Shown here piece by piece: positions 1 to 8,816 of a stretch of DNA of 32,000 nt. The position numbers were made by a program, and so were the translations under genes. This stretch comes from Candidatus Saccharimonadota bacterium (lineage in GTDB: Bacteria > Patescibacteriota > Patescibacteriia > 2-12-FULL-60-25). Within the stretch, counting starts at the first letter, position 1; each line of letters opens with the position of its first letter. The notes beneath the pieces were generated by a model. It worked only from the letters and a program-made list of their open reading frames with translations, made no database searches and had not been told where the DNA came from. The DNA lies in assembly GCA_023898425.1 (NCBI GenBank), contig CP060222.1, positions 720,001 to 752,000 on the forward strand, in the 5' to 3' direction.

Positions 1-1186
1 GTGCAGGAAAAAAACCAAAGACGACACCAATAATTGTCGACACGCTAAATGAGAGAATGATGGCATCTGTTGGAAAAGCAAAGCTCCAACCAGCCTGATA
101 GTTACCAAGTGCCGTAAGACCTAAGTAAGATAGACCTACCCCAATAACAATACCAATCAATCCACCAAGACCTGTTACAACAATAGCCTCAGCAAGAAAT
201 TGATTTAAGATATCTTTTGGCTTTGCTCCGATAGCTTTGCGTAAACCAATTTCGCTTGTACGCTCCGTAACCGTCACATACATGATGTTCATAATACCAA
301 TACCACCAACAAGTAGCGAGATCGCTGCAATAGAGCCAAGCAATACCTGTAAGATCAAACCAATTTGCCCAGCATTTTTTGCTGCATCTTCTTGCGCGCC
401 TAAGCGAAAATCATCTTTTGCGAGATCATCTTCATAATTATCTATATTGTGATTTTCTCGTAAAACTTCGCGAATACGATCCTTTGTTTGGTTGATCCCT
501 AAGCCAGTTTTCATGGCGATAAAGTCTACATTTTTACGATTATAGGCATCCATCGCTGTAGAAACCGGGATATATACTTGATCATCAACATTTGTAAAAA
601 AACGAGTACCACCCTTCTCCATAACACCAACAACACGATAACTTCTTTTGCCAATTTTTACTGTCTTGCCTATAGGCTCACTATTTGCGAATAAATCCAA
701 AGCAACCGCACGTCCTAAAACGATAACACGCGCTCGTCCATCTACGTCACTCTCTTCGATAAATCGCCCTGTCTCCGGCCGATCTGGATACACATCAAGC
801 GATGCTTGCGTAACACCGTTAAGCGATACACGTCTTGAACGTCCTTCGAACGTTGCGAGATCAGACTGAATGATAAATGGCTCAACAACATTAAGCCAAG
901 AAACTTTTCTTAATGAATCAACGTCTTTATCTGTTAGGGATTTTTTCTGTGTAGGACTTGGAGGTCCGCCTCTTTCCGCACCGCGACCATTTTGAGCAAA
1001 AATAAGATCTGAGCTAAATGAACTTGCAATCTGACTCAATAAAAAACGCTCAGCCGCTTGCCCGATCGAAAGCATGAGAATGACGGACATGATACCAATC
1101 ACAAGACCCAACATGGTTAATGCTGTTCTACTTTTGTTGCGCGTTAAACTTGAAAACGCTACTGGGATAATATCTCGGATCTTCAT
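1..1186 (-). CDS. ABC transporter permease, MacB/FtsX family (partial; C-terminus runs off the window start)
   Basis: Not in the ORF track because it is open at the window edge. My reverse-complement translation from ATG 1186..1184 reads MKIRDIIPVAFSSLTRNKSRTALTMLGLVIGIMSVILMLSIGQAA...LLVGGIGIMNIMYVTVTERTSEIGLRKAIGAKPKDIL... This parallels the neighbouring permease, including the FtsX-type GGIGIMNIM..V.ERT.EIGLRKA.GA motif. The ATG lies 1 nt after the upstream stop at 1188..1190. Confidence 0.85.
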   Translation of the reverse strand, partial: MKIRDIIPVAFSSLTRNKSRTALTMLGLVIGIMSVILMLSIGQAAERFLLSQIASSFSSDLIFAQNGRGAERGGPPSPTQKKSLTDKDVDSLRKVSWLNVVEPFIIQSDLATFEGRSRRVSLNGVTQASLDVYPDRPETGRFIEESDVDGRARVIVLGRAVALDLFANSEPIGKTVKIGKRSYRVVGVMEKGGTRFFTNVDDQVYIPVSTAMDAYNRKNVDFIAMKTGLGINQTKDRIREVLRENHNIDNYEDDLAKDDFRLGAQEDAAKNAGQIGLILQVLLGSIAAISLLVGGIGIMNIMYVTVTERTSEIGLRKAIGAKPKDILNQFLAEAIVVTGLGGLIGIVIGVGLSYLGLTALGNYQAGWSFAFPTDAIILSFSVSTIIGVVFGFFPA

Positions 1187-1187
1187 A

Positions 1188-2408
1188 CTAATCTTTTCTT
1201 AATGCCTCAATTGGTCGTAGTTTTGATGCTTGTTTCGCTGGCGCATATCCAAATAAAATTCCAACTCCGGCAGAGACAAAGAAACCAAGCAAAATACCAT
1301 TGGTAGATACGCTAAACGTCCAACCGTCTTGTACGTTTGAGATGCCCTTTATCGCAAGCCATGTAGCACCAATACCCAAAACGACACCTACGATACCACT
1401 TAATGCCGTTAGCACGACGGCTTCCATCAGGAATTGTCCCAATACGTCTCGATTCTTCGCTCCCAATGCCTTTCTCAAGCCGATTTCACGGGTACGCTCA
1501 GTTACACTGACGTACATAATATTCATAATCCCAATACCACCAACAAGTAATGAGATTGCAGCCACAGAAGAGAGAAAAATACTTAAGATATCCGTAATCT
1601 GCGAAACAGATTGCACGGATTCATCCATTGTCTCCATAAAGAAATCATCATTATCACCTTCTCTTAAGCGATGTGTTTCTCTCATTAGTTCTGTTACACG
1701 ATATACCGTCTCATTTTGAGAAATACCATTTGGTTGAACAATGATATAGGTCATGTATTTTTGACCATACAAATCGAGCGCTGAGGTAACCGGAACATAC
1801 ACAGACTTATCAAGGTTTGTGAAAGCGCGTGATCCAGACTCAACAACAACACCAATAACACGATAGTTTTGATTATTGATCTTTACTGAATTACCTACTG
1901 CCTGTTCATCACCAAAAATCGTTTTTGCTACTTCATGTCCTAGGACAACAACACGACTTCTCCCTTCAACATCAGAAACATCAAAAAAACCACCTTCTTT
2001 AAAAGTAAGATCGTAAAGCTCTGCTTCATCTGGAGATGTACCCGTAACTTGAACAGTAATGTCTTCACCTCTACCGGTTACGAGATCGTTTGTGATAACC
2101 AGGGGCAAGACATAGCGAAGCCATGTTTGATCTTTTAATTTTTTACTGTCCGCGTAAGTAAGTGAGGGCGTAGCAAATACCTGATCTGGTGAGTTCGCTA
2201 GCTCTTTGTCACCGTTCTGTAGAAAAATTAGATCTGTTCCAAGTGAATTTATTTGACCAAGGATTGAATGTTGTGCCGCTTCACCGATTGAAAGGACCAA
2301 GATAACCGAAAGAATACCAATCACAATACCGAGCATCGTTAATACGGTGCGTCCTTTATTGCGCGTTAAGCTTTGCAACGCACTTAAAAAGAGATCTCGG
2401 ATTCGCAT
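1188..2408 (-). CDS. ABC transporter permease, MacB/FtsX family (N-terminal TM, periplasmic MacB-type domain, C-terminal FtsX 4-TM region)
   Basis: 406-aa ORF. N-terminal LTRNKGRTVLTMLGIVIGILSVILVLSIG; C-terminal LLVGGIGIMNIMYVSVTERTREIGLRKALGAKNRDVLGQFLMEA. Paralogous to the 1..1186 gene. Separated by 2 nt from the upstream ATPase gene. Confidence 0.9.
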   Translation of the reverse strand: MRIRDLFLSALQSLTRNKGRTVLTMLGIVIGILSVILVLSIGEAAQHSILGQINSLGTDLIFLQNGDKELANSPDQVFATPSLTYADSKKLKDQTWLRYVLPLVITNDLVTGRGEDITVQVTGTSPDEAELYDLTFKEGGFFDVSDVEGRSRVVVLGHEVAKTIFGDEQAVGNSVKINNQNYRVIGVVVESGSRAFTNLDKSVYVPVTSALDLYGQKYMTYIIVQPNGISQNETVYRVTELMRETHRLREGDNDDFFMETMDESVQSVSQITDILSIFLSSVAAISLLVGGIGIMNIMYVSVTERTREIGLRKALGAKNRDVLGQFLMEAVVLTALSGIVGVVLGIGATWLAIKGISNVQDGWTFSVSTNGILLGFFVSAGVGILFGYAPAKQASKLRPIEALRKD

Positions 2409-2410
2409 GG

Positions 2411-3133
2411 TTATTTTGAGTATTCTGATCCTAACTGGATACGGTTCTTCACAACTTCATCTCCTACAACTAATCCATCCTTCATAGTGATGATACGCTC
2501 TGCGTATTGCGCCGTTGTTTTTTCGTGTGTCACAAGAATAATGGTATGACCGTGACGCATATTTAACTCAAGTAATGTATCCATCACAATTTTGCCTGAC
2601 TTCGAATCAAGGTTACCCGTAGGCTCATCAGCAAAGATGACCGCTGGCTTGCGAACGAGTGTGCGCGCAATTGCAACACGCTGACGCTCACCACCAGAAA
2701 GCTGGTTAGAAAGATTATTTGCACGGTGCTCAAGACCTACAAGCTTAATTGCCTCCATGGCTAACGCTGTACGGTCTTTTACTGGTACATCCGAATAGAG
2801 CAACGGCAACATTACGTTTTCAAGCACACTTGTCTTAGGTAAGAGATTAAATGCTTGAAAAATAAAGCCGACTCTTTCACCACGCACCACAGCCTGTTCG
2901 TCTTCATCAAAGGTGGAGATTTCTTCACCGTCAAAGTAGTACTTACCGGTTGTTAACGTGTCGAGAAAACCCAAGATATGCATGAAGGTTGATTTACCAG
3001 ATCCCGAAGGTCCCATAATGGCAACAAATTGCCCTTTTGGAACCTCAAGGTTTACACCATGCAATACCGGAGTTTTTGCACCATCCGTCTCGTAGGTCTT
3101 CGTGAGGTCTACGACCTTAATGAGAGCAGACAT
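2411..3133 (-). CDS. ABC transporter ATP-binding protein (MacB/LolD-type, stand-alone ATPase)
   Basis: 240-aa ORF with Walker A GPSGSGKST, ABC signature LSGGERQRVAIARTL, Walker B VIFADEPTGNLD and H-loop VTHE. Confidence 0.95.
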   Translation of the reverse strand: MSALIKVVDLTKTYETDGAKTPVLHGVNLEVPKGQFVAIMGPSGSGKSTFMHILGFLDTLTTGKYYFDGEEISTFDEDEQAVVRGERVGFIFQAFNLLPKTSVLENVMLPLLYSDVPVKDRTALAMEAIKLVGLEHRANNLSNQLSGGERQRVAIARTLVRKPAVIFADEPTGNLDSKSGKIVMDTLLELNMRHGHTIILVTHEKTTAQYAERIITMKDGLVVGDEVVKNRIQLGSEYSK

Positions 3134-3135
3134 AG

Positions 3136-5028
3136 TTATTTTTGTTCTTCGTTTTTATTCTCAAAACGCATGTCGTCCGCGAGGTTTTTATACTCTTCTG
3201 CTGTTACTTCGCGAAGCAAGATACGATCGCCGGCATTTAATCCGCTAAGAACCTCGCTCTTACCTTCGTCAGCGCGTAAACCGGTGACAACTTCTTTTTC
3301 ATTGATGGATGAGCCATCGATTACACGTGCCGTTTTCTTATTATTTGCATCACGTAACGAACGAGATGGAACAAAGAGTGCATCTGTACGTGAAGCTGTT
3401 GTGATAATCAAGTTTGCTGTCATACCTGGCTTTACATCTTTATCACCAATATCAATGGTAGCGTATACTTTGTAATAGATCGCATCTTGGACTTTTGTTT
3501 GATCAGCGTTCTCGCCAACAATTTTCCCTTTGAATTTTACGCTATCACCATAGGCATCAAGAGTGATTTCTACTTCTTGATTTACATCAACAATGGTCAC
3601 ATCAGATTCTGGGACAAGTGCTTCGATACCATAGCCTTCGGTGCTTACCATACGAATAACCGCAGCACTTTGATTGACGAGCTCGCCTGTTGTAGGAACA
3701 ACATCAGTAATAACACCATCCGCTGGAGCAATGATTTGTGCATCAGAAAGACGTTCAGATGCTTGCGCGTAGGCAGTTTGCGCATCTAATACCGCTGCAC
3801 GAAGACCAGCTACATCTACGGCACGAGGACCGGCAATACGCGCATCAAGATTTGCTTGAGCGGAGTTGAGAGCCGCTTGCTGAATCATGACATTTGTTTC
3901 AGCAGTCTTTACCTTATTGATACGATTACGATCTGCAATCGAAAGATTTGCTTCTGCTTGTTTAAATGCCGCTTCAAGTTGTGCTTTTGATGTTGTGATG
4001 GAATAGGTCGCTGAACGATACCCTTCTACAGCACCTGCTACTGAACCGAGCTGTGCACTTACTGCTGTACGCTGCCCATCAATACTAGAACGTTTAGCCG
4101 CCAAAGAAGCCTCGGTTAAATACGCGTTTGTGATGGAGGCGTTTAGCACACGCTGAACAGAATCAAGATATTCTTGTGTTTTTTCGATAGCATCTTGTGT
4201 TTTGTCACCAGTGGCTTCAAATACGCTTGGCGCATCAGTATCATTTAAGGACGCAATTGCCGATTCTGCTGACTTAAAAGCAATTTTTGCCGCTTCATAC
4301 TGATACTTGGCTGTTTCTTTTGATAATGAATCTGAAATACCTAAGACATTTTCATAATTGTCATTTGCTGCTGCATTATCAACACCAATAATTTCGTCAC
4401 CCGCAGAAAGACCTGAGCGCATGGTGCCGAGCGATGCTTTCATTGCACTCACAAGAGCAACTCTTGCAGAGATAACCGATTGGTCAGCTGTAGCACCTCC
4501 GCTCGTAATATCGGATGATGCTTTATCGTAAGAAATTTGCGCTAAACGAAATTCGTCCTCTACGCTTTGTTTTGTAAGGTTTAAATCAACAATAGACTTA
4601 TCATAGGATGCCTTTGCCTGATCTACTGACGCTTGTGCGATAGCAATAGACTCTTTTGTTTCTCCAGCAAGACGTGCATTAAGATTTGCCTCAGCGATCG
4701 CTAATGCAGCACGAGCACGCTCAGCACTAAAACGAAGGTCGCGTGATTCTAGCTCAGCGAGTAAATCGCCACGCTTTACCTTTTGACCAACTTTTACCGC
4801 AACACGGTTAAGCGTGCCTGAGCTCTTAAAACCCAAACTTAAACGCAAATCAGGCTTTACTTCTCCTGTCACTTCTACAGTGCGAACAAGGTTACCTTTT
4901 TCAGCTTTTGCCGTTTCGTAAAATACTGAATTTGACCCACCACGACCAAAGAAAAGCCAGCCAAAGAAAACGATGGCGAGTACAATATAGGTCCACTTGT
5001 TTTTCAACAGATTCTTCAAGAAATTCAT
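3136..5028 (-). CDS. HlyD/MacA-family membrane fusion (periplasmic adaptor) protein with a greatly extended coiled-coil hairpin
   Basis: 630-aa ORF. N-terminal TM WTYIVLAIVFFGWLFFG. Split lipoyl-like halves (GEVKPD...VKVGQKVKRGDLLAELE and AQIIAPADGVITDV). About 340 aa of Ala/Gln/Ser-rich helical sequence lies between them. C-terminal beta-barrel-like region. Sits directly upstream of the ABC ATPase. Confidence 0.85.
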   Translation of the reverse strand: MNFLKNLLKNKWTYIVLAIVFFGWLFFGRGGSNSVFYETAKAEKGNLVRTVEVTGEVKPDLRLSLGFKSSGTLNRVAVKVGQKVKRGDLLAELESRDLRFSAERARAALAIAEANLNARLAGETKESIAIAQASVDQAKASYDKSIVDLNLTKQSVEDEFRLAQISYDKASSDITSGGATADQSVISARVALVSAMKASLGTMRSGLSAGDEIIGVDNAAANDNYENVLGISDSLSKETAKYQYEAAKIAFKSAESAIASLNDTDAPSVFEATGDKTQDAIEKTQEYLDSVQRVLNASITNAYLTEASLAAKRSSIDGQRTAVSAQLGSVAGAVEGYRSATYSITTSKAQLEAAFKQAEANLSIADRNRINKVKTAETNVMIQQAALNSAQANLDARIAGPRAVDVAGLRAAVLDAQTAYAQASERLSDAQIIAPADGVITDVVPTTGELVNQSAAVIRMVSTEGYGIEALVPESDVTIVDVNQEVEITLDAYGDSVKFKGKIVGENADQTKVQDAIYYKVYATIDIGDKDVKPGMTANLIITTASRTDALFVPSRSLRDANNKKTARVIDGSSINEKEVVTGLRADEGKSEVLSGLNAGDRILLREVTAEEYKNLADDMRFENKNEEQK

Positions 5029-5037
5029 AGGGTTAGT

Positions 5038-5298
5038 TTACACGTTTTTTAGCGCTTGCGCGATACGGTCAGAAAAAGAAGCCACCATCTCTTGGAGCGA
5101 GGAGGCAGGCAAGATCACAAGAGGTCCGTCACCGTTTTGCATTAAGACAATACGATCACCTGACTTAAAGCCAAGCTTCTCTCTCATTTCTTTTGGGATA
5201 ACGATTTGTCCTCTTTCTCCCAAAACAGCTGCTCCAACGAGCGCATCCTTCGGGTTAAAGGGGCAAATATCCCCTTTCTTCGATGGTTTCTTTATCAT
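5038..5298 (-). CDS. AbrB/MazE/SpoVT-family DNA-binding protein
   Basis: 86-aa ORF containing the SpoVT-AbrB looped-hinge signature GQIVIPKEMREKLGFKSGDRIVL. First gene of the efflux operon, 9 nt upstream of the HlyD-like gene. Confidence 0.7.
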   Translation of the reverse strand: MIKKPSKKGDICPFNPKDALVGAAVLGERGQIVIPKEMREKLGFKSGDRIVLMQNGDGPLVILPASSLQEMVASFSDRIAQALKNV

Positions 5299-5312
5299 AA
5301 TTTAGTACGAAA

Positions 5313-5341
5313 AGTATGAATTAACATACTGGTTTTGTCAA
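5313..5341 (-). promoter_or_regulatory. Candidate sigma70-type promoter for the AbrB-like/efflux operon
   Basis: On the minus strand: TTGACA (plus 5336..5341), a 17-nt spacer, then CATACT (plus 5313..5318). It lies about 15 nt upstream of ATG 5298, implying a very short leader. Pattern match only. Confidence 0.35.
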
Positions 5342-5371
5342 GGGTAATGAATAACTTGACCAGGTCGATAA

Positions 5372-6409
5372 ATGCGCTATCTTTCGCCTATGTCTACGCC
5401 ACTTTTTGACTTTGATTATCACCTTCCTGTTGACCGTATTGCTCAAGAGTCGCTTGCAGACCGTGAGTCAGCAAAGCTACTCCTATTAGCTCGTGAAGAT
5501 GGCGCCATCATAGATCGTCATATTCGTGATCTGCCAGATCTGTTAGCACCAGGAGATCTATTGATTTTTAATGACAGCAAAGTCTTTAAGGCGCGCCTAG
5601 AAGGACGTCTCGACGACGGTACGCAAGCAGAGTGTTTTCTCCTCCATCCGACGGAGCACGGCTATTGGGAAGCCCTTATCAAGCCAGGTAAAAAACTCGC
5701 TCCTGGATCAACAATCTATTTTTCCTCTGACACAAAGTGCGTATTGCAAGAAAAAACCAACCAAGGTACCGCCATAGTTGATTTTGGCTTAACAACTGAT
5801 GAAGTATTCGCATTTTCTGATAAAGCAGGTTCGGTGCCAGTCCCGCCCTATGTTGAAAAAAATGCACGTAACCAGAGCGAGTACCAAACCATCTATGCCA
5901 AAGAACGCGGTTCAGTGGCAGCACCTACAGCAGGATTTCATTTTACTGAAAATCTCTTTAACAAACTTGAACAAAAAGGCGTTCAAAAAGCCTTTGTCAC
6001 TCTTCATGTAGGACTCGGTACATTTAGACCCATCAAAACAGAAACACTTGAAACGCATGACATGCACAGAGAGTGGGGCCATGTTCCTCAAGAAACGATT
6101 GATCAAATCTATAAAACAAAGAAACGCGGTAATCGCGTCATTGCTGTTGGTACTACGGCGACACGCGCTCTTGAGTCGTGGGGCGGCGTAGGAGAAGCTT
6201 GGGCTGATTCAACCGATCTCTTTATTACTCCGGGCTATTCGTTTCGAGTAATTGACGGATTGCTAACGAATTTTCATTTACCAAAATCTACGCTCATCGT
6301 ACTTGTTTCTGCCTTTGCAGGACGTAAGTCCGTATTAAATGCCTATAAACACGCCATTGATAATAAGTATCGTTTTTATAGCTTTGGTGATGCGATGCTT
6401 ATCCTTTAG
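5372..6409 (+). CDS. queA: S-adenosylmethionine:tRNA ribosyltransferase-isomerase (queuosine biosynthesis)
   Basis: 345-aa ORF with QueA hallmarks: N-terminal FDFDYHLP..RIAQ, GSVAAPTAGFHFT, HVGLGTFRPI, AVGTTATRALES, TNFHLPKSTLIVLVSAF and YRFYSFGDAMLI. The second ATG at 5390 (MSTPLFDFDY) fits typical QueA N-termini better, so the start is uncertain. Confidence 0.93.
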   Translation: MRYLSPMSTPLFDFDYHLPVDRIAQESLADRESAKLLLLAREDGAIIDRHIRDLPDLLAPGDLLIFNDSKVFKARLEGRLDDGTQAECFLLHPTEHGYWEALIKPGKKLAPGSTIYFSSDTKCVLQEKTNQGTAIVDFGLTTDEVFAFSDKAGSVPVPPYVEKNARNQSEYQTIYAKERGSVAAPTAGFHFTENLFNKLEQKGVQKAFVTLHVGLGTFRPIKTETLETHDMHREWGHVPQETIDQIYKTKKRGNRVIAVGTTATRALESWGGVGEAWADSTDLFITPGYSFRVIDGLLTNFHLPKSTLIVLVSAFAGRKSVLNAYKHAIDNKYRFYSFGDAMLIL

Positions 6410-7541
6410 GCTTTACAAGCAGCAACCCATCCTCAGGAGGGACGCTTACTTCGTTTAGAATTTCTCCCGTATTGATTTGCGGATCTTGTCGTCCAAAAAG
6501 TTTTTGATATCTCGTTGGCAATTGTATGGTGATCGCTTTTTTTGTTGGGTTTACAATAACGTAACCATTTGTAAATTGACGTGACCAAAGTCCCGAACTG
6601 TTTTTAGGCGCTGAATTTGGTACACCAATCGGTGCTTCGTATTCGTCATACCACCAGGTGCGATGATGTTTTGCATCTCCCGCATCAAACGAATAGTAGC
6701 CACCCGCTATGAGCGTTGAAGCTAATCCATAACGCATCAAACGATAATCATTTGGACGCTCTAGATTATTTGTATTGGTATTGATCGCTAATACGTTTGG
6801 CTGCTCTAATAGCGGAGATATATCTTGCATTGAACGAAAGGGCCAATCAAACCCATAACGTGGAAAATTTTCAAATAAAATACCGTTCGTTTCTTGCGCA
6901 AATTCTAATGAACTATTGGCAATAATAATCCGATCATCTCCTATGGCTTTGCGGGTATTTTGTAAAAGCGTTTTCATCCCATCACGATAAGCCTCATCAA
7001 CGGTTTTAGGGTCATCAACTATACCATCATTATTTATATCTAATCCTGCACCAAACTTAGATGTGACCTCACTATACCCGCCATCTAAAAAGACACCGTC
7101 CCAAATACCCTTAGACATGAGTTCTTGATGAATATATCTCGGTAAAAACGTATTCCAACGCTCGCCATTTATCAGCGGTGCACCATTTGTTGCGTTCATG
7201 AGCCATGCGCCTGGCCACCAACTAATCCTGCTTTGGCTTGGACGACCCAAGAACCATTGTTCCGGAATTTGATCTGCAAGATTTCTACCCGGCGAACCTA
7301 AGCTGCCATGAAAACGCGCTTCACTAATCTCACCAGCACTAATATAAGCGATAAGCTTTATGTCTGGATTTAACCGTTTTATCAACTTCATCTGCTCAGG
7401 AAATTGATACGTCTGATCCATGTCTAATACGACAATATCCCAACGCGATAACATGGTGGCTGTCTCATCCGTAAGTTCATACCCTAAGAAAAAATTTATG
7501 AGTGGCGGTGTCTCAATATCATCCGTTGAAGCAACCGCCAT
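6399..7541 (-). CDS. Putative glycoside hydrolase-like TIM-barrel protein (GH114 / GHL-type, exopolysaccharide hydrolase-like)
   Basis: 380-aa ORF with motifs I associate with GH114-like TIM barrels: WDIVVLDMD, LIAYISAGEI, WWPGAWLMN and WDGVFLDGGY. The family call is from memory of motifs, not a search. No signal peptide in this frame (see 7496..7615). Confidence 0.5.
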   Translation of the reverse strand: MAVASTDDIETPPLINFFLGYELTDETATMLSRWDIVVLDMDQTYQFPEQMKLIKRLNPDIKLIAYISAGEISEARFHGSLGSPGRNLADQIPEQWFLGRPSQSRISWWPGAWLMNATNGAPLINGERWNTFLPRYIHQELMSKGIWDGVFLDGGYSEVTSKFGAGLDINNDGIVDDPKTVDEAYRDGMKTLLQNTRKAIGDDRIIIANSSLEFAQETNGILFENFPRYGFDWPFRSMQDISPLLEQPNVLAINTNTNNLERPNDYRLMRYGLASTLIAGGYYSFDAGDAKHHRTWWYDEYEAPIGVPNSAPKNSSGLWSRQFTNGYVIVNPTKKAITIQLPTRYQKLFGRQDPQINTGEILNEVSVPPEDGLLLVKPKG

Positions 7542-7615
7542 TTGTGGTAATTACAAAGACAAGCGAGCAAAGCAATAATGCTCGTTCTGATACTATTTTG
7601 CACCCGCTTCTTCAT
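7496..7615 (-). other. Out-of-frame 39-codon mini-ORF encoding a signal-peptide/lipobox-like sequence immediately upstream of the GH-like gene
   Basis: My minus-strand translation from ATG 7615..7613: MKKRVQNSIRTSIIALLACLCNYHKWRLLQRMILRHRHS*. It has a basic n-region, a hydrophobic core and LLAC. Its frame differs from the 380-aa ORF; one extra A in the AAA run at 7541..7543 would fuse them (..CNYHK-MAVASTDD..). Confidence 0.4.
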
Positions 7616-8816
7616 AGCAACTTAATACCTGAAGCGTGTGAGCGTGCCAATCATGGCGTGCGGCAACCTTTTCTCGACCCGACTGACCCATTGCATCGCG
7701 TACTTCGGTTGGTGTAGCCAAAAAACGATGCAGAGTGCGTGTCCAATCTTCTACGGATCCAGGCGTCACAAGAAATCCTTGCTTACCGTCCTCGATAAGT
7801 TCTGGGTTACCTCCCGTACGCGTGACAAGACAAGGTAATCCACTAGCCATCGCCTCAAGTATTGAACCGCTGCAATTTTCATAACTTAACGTTGGTAGAA
7901 CAAGTGCTTCGGCGCGATGACGTAATTCTCTAAGCGTTACTGGATCAACAAACCCCAAAAATTCGATATGTGATGCACCGTGTTTTTCGACAATAGCACG
8001 GAGTTTTGCCTCATCTGGACCACTCCCAGCGAGCTTTACAGGTAGACTTGGAAAAAGACAGGCTGCTTCGAGAAAAGATTCGAGACCTTTCTCTTCGGAT
8101 AAACGTCCAGCATAAATCAAATAACCTCCGCCACGCACTGCGGCTACTTCGACACGATCCGTTGGATTTCTCACCAAGCGCATTTTACTCGCGGGCTCAC
8201 CCCAATCAATCATTTTTTCTTTCATGAATTGCGAAGGACAAAGAAAGAGAGCGATCGTTCGTTCATATGACTGCACCGTTTTTGTCATATACATCTCTAC
8301 GGCAGCCAATACATTACGAATCGTCGAGTCCGATAAACACTTGTACTTTACCACTTCATAATATCGACCACCCTTACTGTGTTCACAGATCGTTCCGTGG
8401 GCAAACATACTATAATTTGGAGAAGCGAGCTTATAATCGTGTAGCGTTTGTACGCATGGGATCTTTCGTTTACGAATCTCTGCTAATACTGATGTCGAAA
8501 GATGATGATAGATATTATGGATATGAATAATGTCTGGCTTTACTTCATCGAGCATTTTACCTAGAGCTTTTTTTGCCTCTACGTTCCAGATAAAATTTGC
8601 CGCAATTTTTGCTTGCGTATATAAATCCGTCTTTTTTTTAAGATCGTAACGCTTTACAAAGAACCTTTCATCTTTAGATGGAAGATTTTTGATGCTGTGG
8701 GTAGAAAAAGCGTGTACTTCATGACCTAATGCCTCTTGATACCGCATCAGTCCATGCATATAGACCTCAGCCCCTCCTTGGAAATCAAAAAATTTATTTA
8801 CGTGCAATATCTTCAT
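7593..8816 (-). CDS. Glycosyltransferase family 4 (GT-B fold)
   Basis: 407-aa ORF. MKILHVNKFF..GGAEVY N-terminus, GRLSEEKG, and the E..FG/EAMASGLPCLVTRTGG C-terminal GT4 motif. ATGA overlap with the upstream GT4 gene. Confidence 0.85.
   Translation of the reverse strand: MKILHVNKFFDFQGGAEVYMHGLMRYQEALGHEVHAFSTHSIKNLPSKDERFFVKRYDLKKKTDLYTQAKIAANFIWNVEAKKALGKMLDEVKPDIIHIHNIYHHLSTSVLAEIRKRKIPCVQTLHDYKLASPNYSMFAHGTICEHSKGGRYYEVVKYKCLSDSTIRNVLAAVEMYMTKTVQSYERTIALFLCPSQFMKEKMIDWGEPASKMRLVRNPTDRVEVAAVRGGGYLIYAGRLSEEKGLESFLEAACLFPSLPVKLAGSGPDEAKLRAIVEKHGASHIEFLGFVDPVTLRELRHRAEALVLPTLSYENCSGSILEAMASGLPCLVTRTGGNPELIEDGKQGFLVTPGSVEDWTRTLHRFLATPTEVRDAMGQSGREKVAARHDWHAHTLQVLSCYEEAGAK

Noticed and set aside
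1300-6106. Antisense or alternative-frame ORFs inside the permease, HlyD, ATPase and queA genes (for example 1300..1719, 3029..3475, 3487..3789, 4997..5305, 5679..5924, 5799..6011 and 5912..6106).
   Set aside because: Each lies wholly within a gene that has strong family motifs on the other strand or frame. None has recognisable motifs or initiation signals.
6399-6409. 11-nt convergent overlap of the queA and GH114-like gene 3' ends with no terminator between them.
   Set aside because: Short convergent overlaps are common in compact genomes, and there is no further structure to interpret.
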